A stretch of DNA of 62,551 nt, filler included, from Choristocarpus tenellus KU-1152 (lineage: Eukaryota; Protista; Phaeophyceae): NCBI GenBank assembly GCA_964200185.2. It is 8 parts of 8 records of this genome, joined end to end, with 100 filler letters (N's around TTAATTAATTAA, not from the genome) between each part and the next. Parts side by side here need not be neighbours in the genome. Positions count along the whole stretch, not along the records: positions 9,624 to 20,319 come from CAXNAD020002775.1; positions 20,420 to 23,311 come from CAXNAD020023877.1; positions 23,412 to 37,822 come from CAXNAD020001198.1; 5 more parts are not named here. One strand, written 5' to 3'. The notes beneath the pieces are model-generated. The model was not told the DNA's origin. It saw only the letters and a program-made list of their open reading frames with translations, and did not search any database. Both the position numbers and the translations under genes were made by a program. Shown one piece after another: positions 19,867-31,899 of this stretch (its first letter is position 1; every line of letters begins with the position of its first letter).

Positions 19867-20419
19867 TAAAAAAAAAGAAGATGTTTTGTTAGTTTTGTGG
19901 TCTGATGTAAACAGACCCTGTCGTACTGGTCGGGTACGCTGGTTGGATGGGCAGTGTGGCGTTTGCGGTTCTTGTTTGGATTTTATTATTCCAATGTAGT
20001 GTTTTCCGTACACAGTATTGGTTTGGAGGTATTTTTAATATTTGTTCCTAGGGTTACGGCAGAATAGGATAGATTGAACCTTGACAGAAATGGTGTAGGA
20101 TGAGCTAAGAACAGCCTTATCTAGGGCAATCTGCTTACTAGGTAGCAACTACCATTACAGGTCTTTGGAATGGAAGTTTCACCTTGGGCGTTGAATCACT
20201 TATCATAATGGGGTAGGTCTCGCCCCCCCCCCCCCCCCCCCCGCTTCCTTATCGTTTTCTTTTTGCTTTCTACTAAGACTTAAAAAAATAAGATATTTAT
20301 TATGTTAGTAGCAGTATTTNNNNNNNNNNNNNNNNNNNNNNNNNNNNNNNNNNNNNNNNNNNNTTAATTAATTAANNNNNNNNNNNNNNNNNNNNNNNNN
20401 NNNNNNNNNNNNNNNNNNN

Positions 20420-23033
20420 CCTGAGTTGTGAGGAGGAAACTGGATGGGATATAGGGGGCCTTGGAGGGGGGGGGGGAGGGCATGATGCACCATGGATGGT
20501 CGGGGGTGGGGTGGGGTTCATATCTTCTGGATTCCATGAGAACCTGGGTGCTGGTGTGCCCTGCTTCTTGGAGGGGGGTGCCCTGGAGTCAGCTCTGAGG
20601 GCGGGAAAGGTGCTACGAATGCTCAAGGTGCATGAAGAGGCGTGTATGTGTGTCCTCTAGTACTTGGTACTAGCTTCACATCCTGTGCGCAATCCTGTCG
20701 CACCTTATTTCTTGTCTTATAGCAGGTGGATAGGGAGGCGTTGGTTTTGTGGGTCGATGTCAGGGAGTATTGTTTTGATGTATCTATAATGAGTCCCTCC
20801 ACCCTAGGGACATCTTTCATGTTCCCAGGCTTCTTCAAGCTCATGCACCAATGTGATGCACACATGCCTGATGTTGCAACCTCAGATCACCAAAACATCC
20901 CCCATGTAGATTTTGCTCCTAGAAAGGCAATGTACACTCACAAACTCTCTCCATGTGCATGCTTGCTAATTTCTTTTCCATTTGACACCACTGTAAATCC
21001 ACCCGACTCCCCCCACCCCCCAACCACTACCCATGTCTCTCGAAACCCATCCCCCCTTCATCCTTCCCCTCGGCATGGATCCTGCTCAGCTCTCCAGCCC
21101 AGAGTTCTACAACTCTTGTGCATCGACACCGATCCCCCCTCTTGGACTTGTCTTCTCGCCAGCGGAGCTTCGCTCTTGTATTTCCTCCTTTGACAGGCTG
21201 GCCCTTGTTGGGGAGGTCAGGGGGAGTGTGACTGCACGGGAGCTCCGAGCACGTCGCCTAGAGGAGGCTTTGCAGCATGAGGAGTACTTAGGGCAAAGGG
21301 TGGCGTCTGTGCGGGCAAAGGAGCGGGCGGCATTGAGAATGCTCGAGGTATGTCTTAGGTTTATAGGTGATTGTTGGTGTTGGGGGGAGTTGGGGGGGAA
21401 AGGGATCTTGGGCGATGAGATATTCGAAGGCTTTTGGGGAACAGCCTTCGAGCGAAGATTAGGATCATGATGTATCAGCAGGTGGTGCAGGGGCAGCATT
21501 AGAGAGGTCAGACTGCAAGTTTTTCTTTTTTCTAAGTGAAAAAGATCACTACGTGGATTGTAATTTGTGCCCATAGTGGTTTCAAGATAGGGTGTTGGAA
21601 GTCTCGACCTTTATCTCTGTGAGATCTTGTGGTTTGAACAGAGTCTGTGTAATTCCCCACCCCCCTGCTCCCCTGCCCCATCTCCCTCCTCCCTCACCCG
21701 ACCCGTTCCTCATAATGCTCCTTTCCCATGATCGCGGTTCAATTCTTTTTACTTCAACTGCAAAACCCAGGCACAGCGTGAGCAGGACCAAGCCTCTGTT
21801 TTGCAGGCTAATCGCCTTTGGCTCGAAGGCCTCAAGGGGGACCGTGCGGCCACTGCTGCAACTGCAAATTTCCAGACCCAGCAGGCATCGTCACAAAACA
21901 CAACAACCCCTGGCAAAGATCATGAGCCTGCCGGAGGAGCGAATGTAGTTGCCTGGGGCGCGGACAACAGCAGCAGTGCAGGTGCTGGTGGGGAGCTATT
22001 GCCTTTCCTTGACATAGCAAAGACATCAAAAGCAGAGGAATGGGCTGCAGACGTCCTTCGTGAGAGGTACAGGAAACTTGGTGAGGAGGCAGATGCTCGG
22101 GCGGCAAGGGCTAGATGGAAACGCCTGCGTGCTGTTAGGGCCTCTGTTGCCAGGGCTGCGCTCCACGTCCTCCTCGAGGATGAAAAGGAAATGTGGGCAG
22201 CAGAGCTTGCGGTGAAACAAAATTCTCGAGGGGCGGAATCGAGCATTGAGGGGGAGGGGGGAAACCAGGTTGTTTTGAGGGAAGGTTTGGACGACAACAT
22301 TGGGAGTGAGAAATTGACTGGAGGACCAGACGGCATGGACCAAGCAGTTTGTTCAGATGTTTTGATGGAGGCACGGGGGGGCTCAGGCTCTGATGGTATC
22401 GCTCTTGTGCCAGACCTGGTGGGGTTGCGAGAAAGTGAGGGTGATGCTGTCCAAGCAGGTGTGGACGTAACAACGGTTCAGGACCCAGCTTGCAGAAGTT
22501 CAAGTACGCTGACCCGTGCACTGGAAGTGACGTTGTCTGCAGTAGAGGAGAATGGTGATGGGAATAGTCGAGCCATAGCAACCTCAGCTGAGTTTGCAGG
22601 GGAGTTGGGTGGAGATCCTGCCAACATGGGTCGTTTGCTGGAAAGGGCAGCATCAGATAGTGGCGGTGGAGGAGCAGCCCAAGTGGCGCATATTGAGGAC
22701 ATGCAGGAACCAGGAGAGCGTTCGAGAGGTGCGGCCCATGTTCTAGCAGAGGCAGACAGAGTGACAGAGACTGTTGGTGAAAACAACAGTCATATGTCAT
22801 GCGTCAAGTTATTGCAAGAGCCGGGAGGAAGCTCGGGTGGTGTGGCTGATGCTCTGGACGGGGCAGGGGTGGGGAGGAATGGGACTTCAAACCCTCCGTT
22901 TGGGCATGTGAAGGTGATGCAGGAGCCAGGGGGAAGTTCTGAACACACAAGGGCGGCTATGAATCCAACTGTGGAGGAGCCAGTGTTGGTGGCGAGTGGA
23001 TTGCCCTGGGGTACGAGGCGGCCCCACATAAAG
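20420..23033 (+). CDS. TUBGCP6: Gamma-tubulin complex component 6, internal exons <20420-20627, 21090-21347, 21771-23033
   Basis: VPCFLEGGALESALRAGKVLRMLK|LSSPEF..IPPLGLVFS matches the end of GRIP1. VLRERYRKLGEEADARAARARWKRLR..LLEDEK matches the recalled GCP6 segment LVDHYSKLSAEAARREQKALWRIQR..LLEDEK. A low-complexity insertion follows. Junctions are phase-0 GT-AG. Confidence 0.85.
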
Positions 23034-23265
23034 GTAAGAGGTCTGAGGGAAGGAAGAGATATGCTGCTGTAATGAAAGTAGGGTCTGGGGGTTTTGTTCC
23101 TCTGTCTTGTGCTGTTCTTGCTGTTTGAAAACATTTCCTGCAGGATCTCATTTTCTGCTGTACCTTGAGAGCAGGTAAAGGAATGCTACACAGGACGTTG
23201 ATGGTGAGTGTCAACCTCCGCTGCAAATCTTCTCTCATGCTAACTAATACCCCGCTTGCCCCATT

Positions 23266-23298
<33 letters not shown>

Positions 23299-23592
23299 AC
23301 CCCCGCGGAGGNNNNNNNNNNNNNNNNNNNNNNNNNNNNNNNNNNNNNNNNNNNNTTAATTAATTAANNNNNNNNNNNNNNNNNNNNNNNNNNNNNNNNN
23401 NNNNNNNNNNNTTTTTTTTTTGGTTTTGTTGTTGCTTTTTCTTGTTTTTTGTTTTTTTTTCTTTTTCCCCCCCCCCCCCCCCCCCCCCACACACACAACC
23501 TCTGTCTCCTCTTCCTCCGTGCCTTCTGTTGGATCTATTTTGTGGCGTTGCTACATTTTTGCTGAATGGGGGCATTTTTTGTTCTCTCACAG

Positions 23593-25353
23593 GCGAAGGT
23601 GCAAATGAACTCATCCAGCTGGGCAGCATATTGGTCCACAGTGGGGCGACACTGGAGGAGGTGAGAAATTTCAAAGGGAGGGCATTGAAGAGTGAGGTTC
23701 AATGACTGCTCCTTACATTCATGGGTGCTGGAGAGATTGTAGGGAGAAGAGGGGGAAAGAGGAGGGGTCGGTGCTCCCCCCCTTCCCTGCAATATCGATG
23801 AGGGAAACTCTGTACAAGAAATCACAAGCTACCCTCTGTACATATATTCCTATGTATTGTTATAATCCTCCAGATAGCAACCATAACCTTCTAGGTCGTC
23901 TTGCAGTTGACAGCAGTTTTTTTAATTATCCCATCTGTACCATGTCCTTGTGAACATGTGTTTAATAGCTACCGTGTTATTATTTTGTACCCACTGACGT
24001 TTTAAATGTGTTTGGGAGGAAACATAGACTGCACAAGAGTAAACGTGGCAGCATTGATGTTGAAGTACATCTAGAACAGGCTACACCTCGGCAGGCATCT
24101 CTTTGCTTGCCTACAGTGGCAGCTCAGTCACCATCTCAGAGAAATAAATCTCAATTCGAGGGGTGATACTACACACGTGCGCTTTTTGATTCCTCCTCTT
24201 CTACTCACCTCTCCACATCTTGGTTGTCAATAGAAAGTGTGGGTATTTTTCTTAAGATTTTCCTGTAGGAGAATGGAAAGGTCTCACTTGAAGTTGATTT
24301 GGCGAGGAAATTATAATCCTCTTGAATGGTTTTCGTGTGGTTTGGGGTCTTGCAAATCATACTAGATAAACAAGGCCAGTTGGTAGAATGAAACTGTTCA
24401 AATGTGGTGTTAAGGAATGTGCCAATGTATGACTTGCAACAGAGAGAAATGATGCTGCCCTGTCAAGATAGGAGGCATCACGGTTCCACCATATCGTTTT
24501 TAGCCGGTAGCAGCTGGATGTATTATTGTTGGAGTTCTTCTGCTTATTATGATTATTAGTGGCCGTTTAAACTAAGTCAATCCAACTGAGAGGTAGGCAG
24601 GGCTGCACTTTAAGGGTTTTGACAAAGGGCAAAAAGAGTACATCTAATGCAGTTGCAAGAAGGGTCTTTGCCGAGTTTTGGCTCCACTCTGTGTGTGGAA
24701 AGGGGGGGATATCAATTTTGCATACACTATTGTGCACATTAAGCGATCAAATAGAGTGTATTGTACAGGGTAAGAAAGAAAGCTTAGAATAATAAAGGGT
24801 CCAATCCTGCCTACCGCTCAAGTGGTTTTTGAACTAGAGTAACATAGTGAACACATGTTGTAATGATTGGGATGTACATACTATAAATAATTGTGAGCCT
24901 ACCCTCCATCAACAGCCTAACTACCACATCTCATCTGTACATAGAGTGTATAAATGCTTGCTTTTTACCCTCCTCCTCCCATCCGTGCTGCTGACCGTTC
25001 GTAGAATCACCCATTTCTCCCATTTCATACATACTTTGTGATACGTTTACCGGCTCCATACGTTTATCTTACAACATTCTTCTACTGGGCCGACCATCTC
25101 CTAGTTTTGTTTGTTCATTTCAAACATGGTACCACCCATAACTCAAGTTATACTGATTGAACCTATCAATCATATAGTGACACTCACCTCGGGCAATGCA
25201 TCATGCATCGTGCTTATACAGGTGTCCAACACACCATTTGCAGCAGTTACCCTCAGCGGTCTCTACCAGATGGCATCAGATGATGCCCTCTGCAATAGCC
25301 CATACAACCTGCAGCAACACCCCAAGCGCAGCATTGCCTACCATGATGACTAA
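23593..25353 (+). CDS. C-terminal two exons (23593-23660, 25222-25353) of a pyridine nucleotide-disulfide oxidoreductase-family protein, SthA-like dimerisation domain
   Basis: GEGANELIQLGSILVHSGATLEE|VSNTPFAAVTLSGLYQMA resembles the SthA pattern GExAxExIHxG..NTTFNYPTxAEAYxVA. The join is phase-0 GT-AG and the stop is at 25353. Confidence 0.7.
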
Positions 25354-27828
25354 AGAGGAGATGCGGGTTGGTCTTGGTGGAACGTTGTGGACCATCCTAC
25401 TGAGTGAACTTATGCCTGTAGAATTTGTTTGTGGCATGAACTTTTCCATAGCCGACTAAGTTGTGTGTGATATGAGCAAAGTAATACAGTAATAGAGATA
25501 GTTTTTTTTAATGGATACTACTGCCTGTTACATTTTTTACGATTATGTCCTTGGTGGCATCATTATTCTGATGTGTTAGCAATCCAAGGGAACACTTCTT
25601 AAATCGAAAGTTTGTGTATGTGCGCAAAGGCAAATTAATGCATGTCTTGCATGTCACACCCAACAACCCTACGCCCTCCCCGGAAAATGGGTTTGTAGTT
25701 TGACAAGGACTGCCTGAACCACTTACAGATATACATGGCCCTCAAGGGTCCTTTCTGGCTCTTAACATTCAGACTTTTTTTTTTGCAAAAAGCTTCACTC
25801 CAGATCTCGACAACTGTTTCTGTGTTGTGCACTCTGAGGTTGGAATTTTATTACTATCACTGTTACACATATATAGACGTGGTTTGTAGGATTACACAGC
25901 ATGATGCGGTCATCAATAGCAAAGCTTTGTCGTAGTAGTAGTCCGACACAGACCAAGAAAGGATGCATCACGTCATCAGCAGTTCATTCAGTTATCTACT
26001 CCTACTACAACCACCGGTGGTACTCATCTCTATGCAAAAGAAAGCTATTCCAATAGTCTTTTCATTATGCTCTATGGATGTATTTATTAGCTAAGTGAGC
26101 ACAGCCCTCAGTGGTGAGGAGTGCTCTCTCGTATAATCTTATTGCACACGTCAGCAGACATATCAAAATGTGTCCTGCCGTTGGTCGTACAAAATCACTT
26201 ACATCCTGTGTAACTAGTACTACGTCAGTGGTCCTCCGTCAATCCACTTACATCAAGTAATAAGATATCAACCATCCGAGATTCGAAACTATTACACTAA
26301 GCACACGAAAGCAAGTCAACGACACTTGTTCCACTTAGTTAACATTCCTGTTGTCTAGCACTGGTCACTAAACACCTACAAACCATACAGACTACCAGCC
26401 TATATTGCACAATATCCAGTCCAGGAACGACTGTATTGATGCCATCAATGCCAAAATATAATTGGTCGTGTATATTAGCAGAACAGGCCCTACTTCTTCA
26501 TGAAACCAGAAACTAATTGAAACGTTCACATGCAGGGCCTAATACACCCCATCACCTCGATCCCGTGGATATGTTAAAATATACCTCGTATGATATATGG
26601 CATATATTACGTGAACTCGAGGTTCTTCCTACTCACACCAAAGAATGTCAACATTGTTATTGTGTTTGCAGGCCACCATCCCTCGAACAAAAAAAAAGCG
26701 CCCCAAATATATTATTCACACACATCGCCCAACTAGATAATTCGCCCTGTGTACAGTAGGCAGATACTACGTACTCCAAGGTGGTACGTACTCTTTACAT
26801 ATTATACACTACAAAGTGTTATCTTAGTTAGCCACCTACCCCTTCCTTGACTCCCCTCTTGGACAGCAGTAATCTATTTATAAAATTACTACTACCACGT
26901 AGAGTGTGAGGCCGGATGTATCACTCAAGTCAGGAAGGAGATGTGAAAAGATATGCTGCAAATGATTGACGTTACTTTGCACCCCCCCCCAACAAATGGA
27001 AGGTATGTGCATACACCCAATGATGACTATAGCAGGGCCAGGACAGTGAACTGTGTGAGGCTTATCATCTGTAAAGAAGGGAGAGCAACCACCCAGCGCT
27101 TAGCATATAACTGAACAGGAATAGGGACTCTTTGATTTCCACTTCTCGGTGGTTCAAAGTATTGTTATTGTTGTGAAAGACAGATGGTTGTGTATATATA
27201 GGAGAGCTCTAATCTACTCTGAATACTATGAACTATGCAAATAATAGTGAAACCATTTAATATCCTGGGTCAGCCCAACCAAAATTGCTACTATTCCCAG
27301 GCAACTCCAGACACACACAATAGTATGTGATGTCTACTTGTACATACGTGATGTAAATTTCGAAATACGTTGTAGTCCAGAGTATATTAGAACATACTAC
27401 AACATACTAGTATGATGCCCTTTTCTTTCATTGTCTCCATCATCATGAACAATTTTATACCGTGGAAAATGTCAAGGTGGTGGGTATATCCATAAAAACT
27501 ACAGTAGGTTATAGTCTACAGCTCAACAGGCAATTCTGTCAAAACAAACTAGCAACGCAAGTTGCCTAAATTGTCGTGTACACTTAAGCACCTACTGAAA
27601 GTAACAAAATCTATATGTCGTACCATAGTGCAGTGTTTCGGATGAAGGAGTGATCGTTGTAGTACACGGTGGGAGAAGGGCAAAATATTTGGGGGTTTTC
27701 TTACAATAATTTCTAATACATTAGGGGCAATAAAACAAGACAAAGAGGTTAGACTCTGGTACTCCTCATTTTTGATCAACTCTGCTTTTAGCGATATGGT
27801 TTTGAGACATTTCTTGAGAGCAACTTCT

Positions 27829-28107
27829 GAGCCAAAGTATCTTAGAGGGTACAGCCGCGTCCATTTGGGGACCAAAATCCAATGTTGCAATTTTGATGTA
27901 ATTTTGATGTAATTTTGATGTAATTTGGACTATCATGTTTGTTAGGAGATGTCAATATCCTTGTCTGGATACTCCTTTTCATAACGTATACATATTACCT
28001 ACTCAGAAACATTTTGGAGTAGGTAAAATGTCAATAAAAACCATGGGAAGCCAAGCCCCACATGGACAAACAGGACAAAATTCGTACCCTCTAAGATACT
28101 TTCACTC
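27829..28107. mobile_element. Sola-like MITE family A, intact copy (others 36149-36408, 41229-~41433 partial, 56567-56822 variant, 57351-57609, 59599-59862)
   Basis: TIR aaagtatcttagagggtac / gtaccctctaagatacttt, GAG...CTC termini, perfect 4-bp TSD ttct. The copy at 59599 has TSD atgt. Confidence 0.85.
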
Positions 28108-28839
28108 TTCTCCTCCAATTACCTTCAGGATTGGGAAAGACTTCTGGGCACCATCATTCGTATAGGTGATCAAATGCAATCTTTGGCAAGCTTGAGGATA
28201 GTTTGTGCACTCTCAGCCTCTTTCAACCTGTGCTACACAAGCAGGGAGGGGGCAGCTAGCTATCTTAAATGTTTAGGGCAGGCAGATCTCAACAGCTACC
28301 AAGTTAGTCGACCCTCATCTTGGATGGCAGCTTTTTTACACGCTATCGGTGGACCTTGTTGCAACTCTCCGAGGCGAAGTGTCTGTAGCTCAAGGGCATT
28401 TCAATTGACGTTGCAATGATAACTGAAAATTATATATTCTTCGAGTAGTCCTGTCCAAAGGTCAAGAAGTGGGCACCTGACAATAGACGTATTTCCACTT
28501 CACGAACGACTAAAGATGTTTGTTTCCAATCGATGTGGTTTTATACTACTTAATTGTTTGTATGATATCATCAGTCCTGGCATATGCTATTCATATTTAT
28601 TTATTGTAACAAACTCCAATCCTAATCATAGCACTCTCTCGGCATAAAGAGCGAATAATATATGCTCTGTCTGCTGTAGTAGTGTGTGTGTGCGATGGTT
28701 GCAACCAGTGCATGACAATGCCATACACACCGTTCAGGGGGTCCTCTCGAAGCTTCCTGGTCCCGGTCTACCCATAAAGGGTTATTTGGTGAGGGTCACA
28801 TTCCCCTCACCTGGCATGCTCCACCATGGAACACTCTGA

Positions 28840-30186
28840 TAGCACTTCCCTGTGGACTAGTGAAGACAATCGAGGTTGCAGACCCAGCTGGGGACACTGA
28901 GTTCTTTGATGGGTGTGCAAAAACGCGCCTCTTCACCTTGACACGCACCAACAAGTACAGGCACAGAAGTCCACAAGTTCAGGGAACGTAGGCTAATCTT
29001 CCATGAGACACCGCCAGCAGACAGTTTGTTGTGGGATTAGTAGTCACTTTCCCCATCCACCTAGCCTAAAGGCAACTATCTCCTCGTGAAGAGGTTTTTA
29101 CCCAGGAAGTTTGTGCAAACCCCACAGCCAGGCCTACGTCGTCAATGCAGAACCATCTCTGATCAGGAGCCCCTTCGAAGGGCTTGCTGGGGATTATTGG
29201 TCAAGACTGGGTAGACTGGGCAGGAACAACAACCCTCGCTCCCATACCAGAGTTCAACCTATGGCAGCTCAAGATGCCAGTATCACGAGGAGGGCATAGC
29301 ATGAAATCACCCGCCTTCTGACAGGATCCCATTCAACTCCTTTCAGATGCAACTGACCAACCTTCCAGATGACACAGAGGAACAAGGGAGGGAAAGGTTT
29401 TGCTAGATCTAGCCACCAGAGACAGTGTGAGCAAGGGGTCAATGCTGCACGCTAGCTTCCCCCTATGCAGTTTAGACTTACTGCCAACAGGTCTGTAGGG
29501 AGGGAGGAAGCCATATCCACCAGGTGCCCAATGACCAAGTGCAGCAGGTACAATGTCGACACACGACATGCCTGCACCTGCCCTAGGGCGGGAGGACAAT
29601 TACTGTAGTACAGACCTATAATGAAACGCATAGACCATCCCTGCAGGGAAGTAGGACACGAAAGCACACTCACTAGAAGGAACCTTCTGACCCTGCTAGT
29701 TTTATTCTCAACACCTTCATGGTGAAAATTTTCGTGTGCCTTCCTAGGCAAGCTGAGAGTTTCCTGGATGAGTTGGCCACCAATGCAGTAGAGGTGAGAG
29801 GGACTGGAGGGTAATGCTTGAAAGGGGTTGTGAGGTCTCGTTTGAGACAGATCGTGTCCGTTACTGTACAATTGCCTTTGTTGAGATGCGTCATACATTT
29901 CAATCTAGAGACATGGACAGGAGGTGGGCAACAAGGGGCCTGGCAGATTTTGGGATGGTTCTCTATCTCCTCGCCCACATTTTTTTGTAGGATTAAGCTA
30001 TAGGTTAGAAGCATAGGTGTATATACATTATTTACAACTGAAAAAAGGGAGATTGTTATATCATTGTTAGTTTTCCAGTAGTAATTGTTACTTTTTTAGG
30101 GGTTATTCTGACATGTGAATAGTTTTCAACATTTCCCCCCTGATATCTGGAAAATGTCAGAGGGTATAATAATATAATAGTAGTAG
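28840..30186 (+). mobile_element. 5'-truncated CRE-like (RLE-type) non-LTR retrotransposon relic with 3' UTR
   Basis: Post-RT segment HQQVQAQ..SGNVG, CCHC finger CPMTKCSRYNVDTRHACTCP, RLE C-terminus RQAESFLDELAT..RLRQIVSVTVQ. Ends in the ctga..tcagaggg hairpin and a (taa)n tail. Confidence 0.75.
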
Positions 30187-30479
30187 TCCTTGTAATATAT
30201 ACCAGTAGTTTTGAGTTTGTTTTTTCCCTGACACATATGGAAGATGTGAGAGGGCATATTAACGCAAAGTACATTTTGAGTGGGATGTTGGGGGGAGGGG
30301 GAGTCAATTTCAGGTGGGGTAGATGTCTCTTCTAGTTGAAAGGTACGGCATGGGATATGATATGGGAGGGGTGGATGGAGGTGGAACACTTTGGATGATT
30401 GTGTGGTGTTTTTTGGAATGTCATGTATCTTATGGAGGAATATGGGGTATCATGGATGAAGTGGTGCGTTTTGCAAGGA

Positions 30480-30880
30480 TTGGTGTGAGTACATGAAAAT
30501 TACCACATCAGTTTGTGAGTGGATACTATTATTTGCGAAATTGACTGGATTGGAATGTGAGTGGATCCCATCATTGACAGAAATTGGCTGGATTAATATT
30601 TGAGTGGATATCATTGGTATATGTGTGGACACCACTACTACTACTGGTGAAAATTGACCACATTGATTTGTAAGTGGACCCAGTGATTGAAACTGATCAC
30701 ACTGGTATGTGAGTGGATACCGTCGGCGAAAATCAGTTGGATTGATTGGTGTGTCAGTGGAGACCAATACCACAAATTGGTCACATTGATTTGGACTAGA
30801 TACCAGAAAATTGTTGTATAGATTGTGTGGTACAAAGGTGGTGATATGACGTTGGAGTAATGTGACGTCAGTTGTGGATG
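30480..30880. repeat. Degenerate ~40-nt tandem array
   Basis: Recurrent gtgagtggat / aaattg / cacattgatt modules. Confidence 0.55.
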
Positions 30881-31899
30881 CAAGGTTAAGATTGGGCGAG
30901 TATTCGTGACGAAGACATAGGAGTATTACCTTTTTTGGACTACTTTTTCGACCACGCCTCTCTCTGCCATCCCTCAAACTAATATGTAATGATATACACG
31001 TATGTATATAGTTTTCATTGGTTTCCCCCTGACACATCTACAAAATGTCAGAGGGCATAATAATAAAATAACAAGTATGAGAGGATAAAGTATGTTGTAG
31101 TATAATACATCGTAATAATAATGTTGTTTGAAGTTTGAAGTACATCATTCCGGTTTTTTGATTTTTGATGGGGGTTTTAGAATTCAAAAGGTCTACCCCT
31201 CTTGATGAACGACATATTCCTCCATAATAAAATAATTATTACGAAACGCTGTCTATTATCACGAAGTGAATTATTCAATACCTCGGTCTGGGGTTGGGAC
31301 CTGCAACACAAATGTTTCGATGTAGACGACGTGGTATTCCCGAGGTTTGTAGTTTAGCCTCAAGGTGCCCCTGGTCACGATTATATCATTGCGATGTTTG
31401 TGAATGCAGGTCGAAAGACCGCTTTCGAATTCTAGGCAACCTTTTTTTGGAGATGATATACGATCAGACATTGATTGGTGGTCTACATGTACCCAGTGAT
31501 TCCTACCTGCAGTAGAGATCTATTGAGCACTACTGATCGTTGCAACTCTTAACACTTGCTCGGCTGGTTCCCGTCTCGACTTCCAGAATGATCCTTCCTT
31601 TTTCCCAGAGAGCAGGGTGAGACCATGGTTGGTGGACAAAGAAGCAGAGAACAAGGCAAGCCCACTTCTTGCATGTTGATTGCAGCAAAGCATTGGTTCA
31701 CACCGATGTCTAGATCAACAATGCGGAAAATTTGAAGGCAAATCTATCTGCATCAATGCTTTCTATTTGTGGAACACAGTGCAGTACGATGGCATATTCT
31801 GTACTACAAAATATTAGTCGAGTAATAAATTCTGCAGTACACACAATAATCATGCCCAGTTGGCTACCACCATATCTGCCTTTACTGCACTGCATCCAG

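Noticed and set aside
20726-21089. 155-aa ORF after cag| as a GCP6 exon
   Set aside because: Homology is better satisfied by joining 20627 directly to 21090, so this is likely intron.
21832-23134. Several long antisense ORFs over GCP6
   Set aside because: Shadow ORFs of a GC-rich coding exon.
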